From Poseidonia sp. (GTDB lineage: Archaea > Thermoplasmatota > Poseidoniia > Poseidoniales > Poseidoniaceae): a DNA stretch of 64,000 bases. Position 1 is the first letter of the stretch; each line of letters begins with the position of its first letter. Shown here piece by piece: positions 55,628 to 63,370 of this stretch. The notes under the pieces are model-generated. The model made no database searches and had not been told where the DNA came from. It saw nothing but the letters and a program-made list of their open reading frames with translations. The stretch spans positions 14,302 through 78,301 of the forward strand of contig JBMYQB010000002.1 in assembly GCA_049600935.1 (NCBI GenBank), written 5' to 3'. A program made the translations under genes and the position numbers.

Positions 55628-56890
55628 ATGCAAGGGAAAGGCGTGTTGTGCCACCTCACTTCCCTGCCCGAGGTCTCCCTTGATGGGGCCCTCAGATTTC
55701 TTGAATGGCTCGAAGCCAACCGATTTGACGCATGGCAAATGCTCCCACTTACGCCACCTGACGAACACGGCTCGCCCTATGCCTCCCCATCCGCCTTCGC
55801 TGCTTGGCCTAAACTCATGCAGCTGGCCACGCCCAAGCCAATGCCTGATGATGAGGAGTGGCTCGAGGACTGGGCCTTGTACGCGGCCATCAAGAAAGCC
55901 CACAACGGTCAACCTTGGTTTGAATGGCCAACACCGCTTCGAGACCGCCACCCTCAAGCGCTTGAGAACTACAAGGACGCAGCGCGAATCCACCGCAAGC
56001 ATCAGCAATGCTTCCAGGCTGCTTGGTCGATTCTGTCCAAAGAGGCCAAGGCTCGCAACATCACACTGATTGGCGACGTTCCCATCTTCATCGCTCACGA
56101 TTCTGCGGACGTTTGGGCGCATCGTGAATTGTTTCAACTTGACGCCGACGGCATGCCCCTGTACGTGGCGGGCGTACCCCCAGATTACTTCAGCGAAAAT
56201 GGACAAAAATGGGGGACGGTTCTCTACGATTGGAACGCTCATGAACAACAGGACTGGCGTTGGTGGATTCAACGAATTGAGCGAATGTTCCGACTCTTTG
56301 ACGTGGTCAGAATTGACCATTTTCGCGGCTTTCATTCAAACTGGGCCGTGCCAGCGAGTGACGATGATGCACGACAGGGCTCTTGGCAGGACGGTCCCAA
56401 GGACGAACTTCTTCGTGTGCTCGTCTCGCTCGCACCCTCTCCAAACCACATCCTCGCTGAAGATTTGGGCATCATTCCTGACGAGGTCATTCAACTTCGC
56501 CAACGGTACGGTTTACCTGGAATGGCCGTCATGCAGTTTGGTTTTGACGGTGCAAGCGAGAACAATCCACATCACCCTGCAACAATTCAAGATGACCAGG
56601 TGGTGTACACCGGAACACATGACAACAACACCACGGTGGGTTGGTGGGCTGAACTCAACGAAGTGACGAAAGGAAACGTGCAGGCCTTGCTGGAACCCAA
56701 CGAGACACCGGTGGAGGGCATGATGCGCCTTGCGCTACAAAGTGCAGCACCGCTCGCCATCTTCCCGCTCCAAGACGTCCTGCAGTTGGATGGAGCATCG
56801 AGAATGAACACCCCTGGTACATCGGAAAACAACTGGATGTGGACCTTTGAATGGTCCGACCTTGATGGCGTCAAGATAGTCGGACCGTGA
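55628..56890 (+). CDS. malQ: 4-alpha-glucanotransferase (amylomaltase, GH77), compact form
   Basis: GVLCHLTSLP, GDVPIFIAHDSADVW, WGTVLYDWN, VRIDHFRGF, LAEDLG, YTGTHDNNT. Confidence 0.85.
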   Translation: MQGKGVLCHLTSLPEVSLDGALRFLEWLEANRFDAWQMLPLTPPDEHGSPYASPSAFAAWPKLMQLATPKPMPDDEEWLEDWALYAAIKKAHNGQPWFEWPTPLRDRHPQALENYKDAARIHRKHQQCFQAAWSILSKEAKARNITLIGDVPIFIAHDSADVWAHRELFQLDADGMPLYVAGVPPDYFSENGQKWGTVLYDWNAHEQQDWRWWIQRIERMFRLFDVVRIDHFRGFHSNWAVPASDDDARQGSWQDGPKDELLRVLVSLAPSPNHILAEDLGIIPDEVIQLRQRYGLPGMAVMQFGFDGASENNPHHPATIQDDQVVYTGTHDNNTTVGWWAELNEVTKGNVQALLEPNETPVEGMMRLALQSAAPLAIFPLQDVLQLDGASRMNTPGTSENNWMWTFEWSDLDGVKIVGP

Positions 56891-56923
56891 ACAATATAAC
56901 CGTATTTTCATTGGAGAACCTTG

Positions 56924-58573
56924 ATGCCGACCATCGCCTATTTCACGGCCGAAATTGGCCTGTGGTCAGAGTTGCATACCTACTCAGGTGGATTGGGTGT
57001 CCTCGCAGGCGACCATGTCAAATCAGCAGCCGATGCCAAACTTCCCTTGGTGGCCATGAGCCTCCTCTATCGAGAGGGTTACGGACGCCAGCACCTCGAC
57101 CAAGACGGCATCCAATCAGAATCTTACGCACCCATTGACCCAGCCGAGCATCTGACGAATACGGGGAAGACCATCCAACTGCCGCTCGACGGCACGACCC
57201 TTTACGCCAGTATCTGGCGAACCGACGTGGTCGGCGTCACAGGGCATGTTGTTCCGGTGTATTTCCTCGACACGTTTCATCCCAACAACTCGGCAGAATT
57301 TGTTGGTCTCGGGGCACGTCTCTACGGGGGCGATGACGACACTCGCGTGCGGCAAGAATACCTCCTGGGCGTGGGTGGCGTGCACGCGCTGCAAGCCCTC
57401 GGCCATGACGTCGAAGGGATGCACCTGAACGAAGGCCATTGCACCTTTGCAATGCTTGAGATGCTTCGTCAAGGTTGGACCCGAGATGAGTTGGCACAAC
57501 GAACCTTGTTCACCACCCACACACCCGTTCCAGCGGGACACGACCGCTTCGACTGGGGGCTTGTTGAGCGCGTCATTGGCGAGTTGCTCCCGGATGATGC
57601 ACAGGATCTTGTTCGCCAAGCCGGGGATTCCGAGGAAGGACGGCGGTGTTCCATGTCGCATCTTGCCGTGGCGCTCTCCACCGCCGTCAATGCGGTCTCC
57701 AACCTGAACGCCCAAGTGGCATCGGGCATGTTCGGCAGCAGCCATATCGCCCCCATCACCAACGGTGTTCATCACATCACGTGGACGTCCCCGCAGATGA
57801 GCGAACTGTTTGATACGCATCTCGCAGGTTGGCGAGAAGACCCAAGCCAACTCGGCTACGCCGGTAGTCTGCCCGACGATGCCCTGCTCGCCTCAAGGCA
57901 AGCCAACCGACGAATGCTCAGAGAACTGGTTCGCGCCTCCACCGGTGTGGAACTGGAGGAACATCGTCTCACCATCGGATTTGCTCGGCGCTTTGCCACC
58001 TACAAACGAGCGAACCTCGTTTTCAGCGACCTCCAACGCTTGCGCAACATCGGCGCCGACCGCATCCAATTCGTCTTCAGCGGCAAGGCACATCCGAAGG
58101 ACGAAGGTGGGAAGCAGTTGATTCGAGACATCTTCGCCTCGGCCGGCGAAGTCGCCAACGACATCCCCGTGGCCTTCATTGAAAACTACGACATGGACAC
58201 CGGCTTGGCGATGACAAGCGGTGTTGACATATGGCTCAACAACCCTATTCGGCCCTTGGAAGCATCCGGAACCTCGGGCATGAAGGCAGCCATGAACGGC
58301 GTGCCCAACTGCTCCATCCTTGACGGGTGGTGGCCCGAAGGATGCGAACACGGCGTGAACGGATGGGCCATCGGTGAAGCCGAGGACGACCGAGACGATG
58401 TCCGAGACGCCGAGAACATCTACAACGTCCTCGAACACGAGGTGCTTCCACTCTGGGATGAAGGCCCTGAGCGATGGGCGAAGTTGATGCGGGCCAGCAT
58501 TGCCACCTCGGCACGATTCACCGGAGCTCGAATGATTGCAGACTACGTGCACTTCTACGACAGGTTCTCTTGA
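56924..58573 (+). CDS. glgP: Alpha-glucan phosphorylase (GT35, short maltodextrin-phosphorylase type)
   Basis: IAYFTAEIGL, YSGGLGVLAGDHVKS, and the PLP-lysine context EASGTSGMKAAMNGV. The track start at 56921 is TTG; the ATG is at 56924 with GGAG upstream. Confidence 0.85.
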   Translation: MPTIAYFTAEIGLWSELHTYSGGLGVLAGDHVKSAADAKLPLVAMSLLYREGYGRQHLDQDGIQSESYAPIDPAEHLTNTGKTIQLPLDGTTLYASIWRTDVVGVTGHVVPVYFLDTFHPNNSAEFVGLGARLYGGDDDTRVRQEYLLGVGGVHALQALGHDVEGMHLNEGHCTFAMLEMLRQGWTRDELAQRTLFTTHTPVPAGHDRFDWGLVERVIGELLPDDAQDLVRQAGDSEEGRRCSMSHLAVALSTAVNAVSNLNAQVASGMFGSSHIAPITNGVHHITWTSPQMSELFDTHLAGWREDPSQLGYAGSLPDDALLASRQANRRMLRELVRASTGVELEEHRLTIGFARRFATYKRANLVFSDLQRLRNIGADRIQFVFSGKAHPKDEGGKQLIRDIFASAGEVANDIPVAFIENYDMDTGLAMTSGVDIWLNNPIRPLEASGTSGMKAAMNGVPNCSILDGWWPEGCEHGVNGWAIGEAEDDRDDVRDAENIYNVLEHEVLPLWDEGPERWAKLMRASIATSARFTGARMIADYVHFYDRFS

Positions 58574-61320
58574 GGGGCTTCGCTTTCATTCATCGCTTCA
58601 TATTCGTTCTTCGGTGGACTTCGACCCGTTAAGGTCAGCAGAAGAATCAACACAACAACCACCGCAACGAGGATGTTACGAACGGTGTCGGCCGACGCTG
58701 AGGTCGTGGTTGCTTCCTCGTTCTCGCAAGGGAGACACATTGCTATGGGACAAGGTTCGTCAGCAGGGTACTCGTACGTCTCACCGCAGCAAAGGTCGCA
58801 GATCTGTATGTCGGTTTCGTTGGCTGTTGTGTTCGTGGCTTCGTCAGTGCTTCCTCCGGAGGTCTGGTTGGTTGAGCCATCGCCGGTTTGGTTTGTCGTC
58901 GTGTTGGTTGAGCCGTTATCGGTTTGATGATGTTCGCTGGGTTCAAGGCAACTCGGGCAACATTCGCCATCCTCTGCAGGCAGCGTGGTCCATCCTTCAG
59001 GGCATGCATCGCAGAATACATCCGTGCACGGGTCTACCTCACACGAGCCATCGTCCTCGGTTGCCTCTGGGTTGTAATTGGTCGCAGTCTCATCGGTGCA
59101 CCCCAATACAGGAACTGGTGAATACGTACAACTGCCGTCATCTTCAGTCGCCGTTGGGTCATAATTTTCAGCGACCGGATCCATGCATCCCAGGACGGTG
59201 CTGTTCTCGCTCGTCTCGTTGGTCGCCGGTGGGTCGGAATGAGCATTGAGTTCAATCACCGAGACGGAATGGGCTGGAATCGTAAAGGTCCCATTAGCCA
59301 TCGAACCCGAGCCAAAACGCACCGTCTCGTTGGCATCAAACCCATCCATCTGTGTTGGACCTCCCCTGTTCAGCACCACGGTCATGGTTTGCTCGTTATG
59401 GGTCATGTTGTAGGCCAGGAGGTTGGGCATGGCGAGTCGGGTTGAATACTCACCTTGCCGCAGGGCCACGGACTCCAAGCGCAATTGGCCCAAGGCAGAA
59501 ATGTTTTCGAAGAGAGCGGCTTCATTGTCGTTCCATCCTGATTCATTGCGATACATGTGGCGATTGTCGGGGTCGGCCCCACCGTACTCACCGTATTCGT
59601 CTCCGTAATAGAGCAACGGCGCACCCGGTGTGGTCAACAACCAACCGTAGGCTTGGAGCGCAGCATGGTAGGCGGACACATCGCCTGGTTGTCCAGGCAG
59701 TCCGTCTTCAGCCCACTGGTTGTAGGCGTCACCTGTTCCGGTATCGGCCCGACTGGTCAAGCGGGACACATCGTGGCTGCCAACATAAGGAACCATCAGC
59801 GAACCTGCCGTGTACTGGTCCTGACTGCGATTGGTCCAATAATCCAAATGCTGGTAATTCTCGTTGCCTGAAACAAAGACGTTGTCAACCACCGCATGGT
59901 AGAGCACGAAATCCGCCTGCCCGTCAAGCCCATCAGGACCCATGTAGGCGTTGATAGCATCGTATTGTGCCTGATTGGCTTCCAGTGAATGGCCCGACCA
60001 ACCCATGGCGGTCTCGCCTTTGAGATAGACGTCGGTACCGACCGTCTCAAAACGCTCGTTGATTTGAGCGACAAGGTTGGATACGGCCAAATTCTCGACG
60101 TGCTTCACGGCGTCAATGCGAGCACCGTCAAGGTCGAAGGTTTCCATCCACCAAAGGGCGTCGGCGATGAATTGCTCTGAGGCGTTTCGGTTTTTCCAGT
60201 TTACATCGGGCATGTAGGCCGTGAATTGACAGTCAAGCCGATGTTCGGTCCAGTCGCAGTTGGCTTGACCACAGATGCAGCCCGTGTTGAACCATTCAGG
60301 ATGAGCCTCAAAGTATTCGTGGTCTTCGTGAACGTGATTCACGACGAAATCCATCATCACGCGCATTCCAGCATCATGTGCAGCATTCACCATCGCGTGC
60401 AATTCGTCGGGCGTGCCCAGGCGTGGTTCAACACCTCGTGCTTCGGTTGGCCAGTACCCGTGGAAGGCTGCGACGTCGTGCACGCCATCCGCAGCCTTGC
60501 CCGTGCCGTTGGCTGCGGTGTTGAAGGGCGTCAGCCAAAGTGCATTGACGCCGAGGTCAGCGAAGTAGCCCGATTGAATCTTCTCGGTCACGCCAGCAAA
60601 ATCACCGCCTTGCCAGTCAGCACCCTGCGCAGCTCCTGTCGCAACGCCGTCGTTGCTCAGGTTGGCGTTCACAAACCGGTCCGTCATGATCATGTAAATC
60701 AGCGCGTCTTCCCAAACAAATGAGGCATGAGGTCCTCTCCAAAACGGCACCAGTAAATCGTAGGCAGGGTTGCCTTCGACGTCGAATCCATCGATAAGCA
60801 GGCTGTGTTTTCCATCTTCGAGTTGGGTCAAATCAAGCGCCCACGTGGATGATACCGCGTCCCAAGTTGCCCCCGAAAGAGCGGCAGGCGTACCGTCGTG
60901 AGATGCGCCTGATGAGCCGGCGTGGTAGACGACATGGAGTTCATCGCCGACGATGTTTGCACTGTAGTGCGGTCGGACGTGGTCGTCAACACGAAGCAGC
61001 GAGTTCTCAATATCGTCGCAGTAGACGCGTTCGGGATTTGCCGGGTCGAAGATGTACGTTCCGTCGACGACGAACTTGTAGCAGTACAGACCCTCGGGTA
61101 CGTCGAGGTCAACCGTCCATACCCCGTTGGCCAAAATCATGTCCAAGGGTGTGCTCCAATTCCACTCGCCAATCAACTGAACAGAACTTGCTGAACCGGT
61201 GTAGGTGAGCGTAATCGCAGTGGACGACCTGCCCTCGGCGGCTTGAGCTTCGTTCGAGAGAAAGGGCGTGGCGACAACGGCAACGAGAATGAAGACGATG
61301 AACAGGGGAGTGGTTCGCAT
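58555..61320 (-). CDS. Membrane-anchored extracellular GH13 alpha-amylase family enzyme with N-terminal E-set/CBM48-like domain and a Cys-rich, Thr/Asn-rich C-terminal stalk plus TM
   Basis: Signal peptide MRTTPLFIVFILVAVVATPFLSNEAQA. CBM48-like region LIGEWNWSTP...YCYKFVVDGTYIFDPANP. GH13 regions MDFVVNHV, GARIDAVKH, LKGETAMGW, YVGSHDVSR. TM helix ILVAVVVVLILLLTL. The 3' end overlaps glgP convergently by 19 nt. Confidence 0.85.
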   Translation of the reverse strand: MRTTPLFIVFILVAVVATPFLSNEAQAAEGRSSTAITLTYTGSASSVQLIGEWNWSTPLDMILANGVWTVDLDVPEGLYCYKFVVDGTYIFDPANPERVYCDDIENSLLRVDDHVRPHYSANIVGDELHVVYHAGSSGASHDGTPAALSGATWDAVSSTWALDLTQLEDGKHSLLIDGFDVEGNPAYDLLVPFWRGPHASFVWEDALIYMIMTDRFVNANLSNDGVATGAAQGADWQGGDFAGVTEKIQSGYFADLGVNALWLTPFNTAANGTGKAADGVHDVAAFHGYWPTEARGVEPRLGTPDELHAMVNAAHDAGMRVMMDFVVNHVHEDHEYFEAHPEWFNTGCICGQANCDWTEHRLDCQFTAYMPDVNWKNRNASEQFIADALWWMETFDLDGARIDAVKHVENLAVSNLVAQINERFETVGTDVYLKGETAMGWSGHSLEANQAQYDAINAYMGPDGLDGQADFVLYHAVVDNVFVSGNENYQHLDYWTNRSQDQYTAGSLMVPYVGSHDVSRLTSRADTGTGDAYNQWAEDGLPGQPGDVSAYHAALQAYGWLLTTPGAPLLYYGDEYGEYGGADPDNRHMYRNESGWNDNEAALFENISALGQLRLESVALRQGEYSTRLAMPNLLAYNMTHNEQTMTVVLNRGGPTQMDGFDANETVRFGSGSMANGTFTIPAHSVSVIELNAHSDPPATNETSENSTVLGCMDPVAENYDPTATEDDGSCTYSPVPVLGCTDETATNYNPEATEDDGSCEVDPCTDVFCDACPEGWTTLPAEDGECCPSCLEPSEHHQTDNGSTNTTTNQTGDGSTNQTSGGSTDEATNTTANETDIQICDLCCGETYEYPADEPCPIAMCLPCENEEATTTSASADTVRNILVAVVVVLILLLTLTGRSPPKNEYEAMNESEAPQENLS

Positions 61321-61323
61321 GGT

Positions 61324-62118
61324 TCAGGCCTCCTTTTCTGCAGACGAAGATGGACGAAGGAGTGTGTTCGCCGTGTCAACCAAATCGTCAAGATGGCGGC
61401 ACAAAAAGGACTGAACAAATTCGTTGGCTGGGTTTTGGTATGCTTCTAACGGCGGAGCATGCTGCTGCAAGACGCCTCCGTCGAGAATCGCTACACGGTC
61501 GGCGAGGGTCATGGCCTCGATTTGGTCGTGGGTTACGTAGATGGTGGTGGTGCCGAGTTCGTCATGGAGTCGACGAATCTCATTGCGCATCTGATGGCGC
61601 AACTCAGCGTCGAGGTTGGAAAGCGGTTCGTCCATGAGCAGGACCTTTGGCCGGCGAATGAGCGCACGCCCCAAGGCCACACGTTGACGCTGGCCGCCAC
61701 TCAACTCCTTTGGCTTCTTGTCAAGATGGTCTTCCAACTCCAGCATGGTCGCCGCTTCTTTGACCCTGCTGGCCATATCACTCTCGCTCAGCCGGTCTTT
61801 TCCTTTGACCATACGAAGGCCGAACGTGAGGTTGTCTCGCACCGTCATGTGAGGGTAGAGTGCATAGGATTGGAACACCATCCCCAAACCACGGGCACCT
61901 GCGGGAAGGTGATTCACGGTAACCCCGTCGATGCTGATCTCTCCGTCCGTGACCTCCTCAAGTCCCGCCAGCATGCGAAGCGTGGTTGATTTACCGCAAC
62001 CAGAAGGGCCGAGAAGCACGAGAAATTCACCATCGTTGACCTCAAGATTCAGCCCCTTCACGGCTTCAAATCCATCTTCATAGCGCTTTGATACGTTTGC
62101 AAAATTCACACTTACCAT
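61324..62118 (-). CDS. ABC sugar-transporter ATPase (MalK/UgpC/MsmX-like) lacking the C-terminal regulatory (TOBE) domain
   Basis: GPSGCGKST, Q-loop MVFQSYALYPH, LSGGQRQRVALGRA, LLMDEPLSNLD, VTHDQ. Only 264 aa, and the next gene starts 4 nt after its stop. Confidence 0.9.
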   Translation of the reverse strand: MVSVNFANVSKRYEDGFEAVKGLNLEVNDGEFLVLLGPSGCGKSTTLRMLAGLEEVTDGEISIDGVTVNHLPAGARGLGMVFQSYALYPHMTVRDNLTFGLRMVKGKDRLSESDMASRVKEAATMLELEDHLDKKPKELSGGQRQRVALGRALIRRPKVLLMDEPLSNLDAELRHQMRNEIRRLHDELGTTTIYVTHDQIEAMTLADRVAILDGGVLQQHAPPLEAYQNPANEFVQSFLCRHLDDLVDTANTLLRPSSSAEKEA

Positions 62119-62122
62119 GGTA

Positions 62123-63370
62123 TCACCCTTTCACTCCTCCAGCGGAAAGCCCCTCGATGAGGAACTTCTGGAAAAAGAGGAACAGCAGCGCAACGGGCAA
62201 ACTCACCAGAAGGCTGGCTGCAGCAAAATCACCCCATGCTTGACCGGTACTGGAAATCATGGAGGCCAGCCCAACCGGTAGCGTGTACATGTCGTTTGAC
62301 GTGTTGAACGTCAAAGCGAGCAGGAACTCGTTCCAAGCAGCAAGGAAACTGAAGAGCGCCGTGACGGCGACGGCAGGGAGCGATAGCGGAAGGACGACCT
62401 TCGTGAACACTTGGAACTGGCTGCAACCATCGAGCAGGGCAGCCTCCTCCAATTCTCGTGGAACGGTATCAAAGAAGCCTTTGAGCATCCATACGCACAA
62501 CGGCAACGCCGTCACACAATAGGCCAAAATCAACCCGAGATGAGAATTGAGCAGACCGAGCGTCTTCATGACCAAGAAGTACGGGACGAGGATAATGATG
62601 CCGGGGAACATTTGAACCAGCAAGAAGGCAAACATGGAGACATCCCGGCCCGTGAACTTGTATCGGCTGAAGGCGTACCCCGCAGGGATGGCCACCGCCA
62701 AGCCCATGAGCGTGGTCCCAACACTCACGATGAGGGAATTTCGCATCCACGTCCAAAACGCCTCGCTGCCGAACATGTTGGAAAAATGCTCACCGGTGTA
62801 GGGGCCGCCAAGCGAGCCTCCCAAGGCGTTGCCGGGAGAGAGCGCAATGTCAAGAATCCAGACCAGTGGCAGCAGGGTGAGCACAACAAAATGCAGCAGC
62901 ACGAGATGAGCACCCACGGACCGAAGTGTGTGGTCCCGTCGTTGATTTCGTGCCAAACCGTATTCAATGGCTTGCAGGGACATGGTTCGAGTTGACCACG
63001 CCGAAACAGGACGACTTGAAACCCACACCAGTGTCAAGGCGCCCGGGCCAATCATCCACCCCTGCATCCAAAGGTCAAACCCAGTGACCGGTGTGGAGAG
63101 AAGACGAACAAGGCCGATAAGAAGCAACAACCCACCCAACGCCAAGGCGTTGTTTCGAGTGGAGGGTTTGGCTTCTTGAGGCAAAGAGTTGACGAGCACA
63201 CCCATCACGACCACACCTGCAACCCCCAGCAAGGCATTAGCATCGCTCCCTCGCAACAGGTCGACCGCCAGGAGAACGATGTTGACCACCACACTCACGA
63301 TGAGCCAACGCTGGAGTGTTGAAACCTCAACGGGCGTGTACCAGCGACGCACGGAAGATTCGGAGATCAT
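62123..63370 (-). CDS. ABC sugar-transporter permease (MalG-like) with an N-terminal extension of about 150 aa and about 4 TM
   Basis: EAA loop EEAALLDGCSQFQVFTKVVLP. Start set at the ATG at 63370, which forms an ATGA overlap with the upstream stop. Extension helices WLIVSVVVNIVLLAVDLL, LLGVAGVVVMGVLV, LALGGLLLLIGLV, WMIGPGALTLVWV. Confidence 0.85.
   Translation of the reverse strand: MISESSVRRWYTPVEVSTLQRWLIVSVVVNIVLLAVDLLRGSDANALLGVAGVVVMGVLVNSLPQEAKPSTRNNALALGGLLLLIGLVRLLSTPVTGFDLWMQGWMIGPGALTLVWVSSRPVSAWSTRTMSLQAIEYGLARNQRRDHTLRSVGAHLVLLHFVVLTLLPLVWILDIALSPGNALGGSLGGPYTGEHFSNMFGSEAFWTWMRNSLIVSVGTTLMGLAVAIPAGYAFSRYKFTGRDVSMFAFLLVQMFPGIIILVPYFLVMKTLGLLNSHLGLILAYCVTALPLCVWMLKGFFDTVPRELEEAALLDGCSQFQVFTKVVLPLSLPAVAVTALFSFLAAWNEFLLALTFNTSNDMYTLPVGLASMISSTGQAWGDFAAASLLVSLPVALLFLFFQKFLIEGLSAGGVKG

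Noticed and set aside
55577-56335. N-terminal 253 residues of the 1745-aa track ORF (51098-56335, minus strand)
   Set aside because: This part is antisense to the well-supported malQ gene and has no recognisable features. A textbook signal peptide (MRAKAAFLVLIFFSSLFSGLVHG) begins at the ATG at 55576, so I treat the extension as high-GC read-through.
58555-58573. 19-nt convergent overlap of the glgP and GH13 3' ends as a possible regulatory antisense feature
   Set aside because: Short convergent overlaps are common in compact genomes, and there is no additional structure or conservation evidence.
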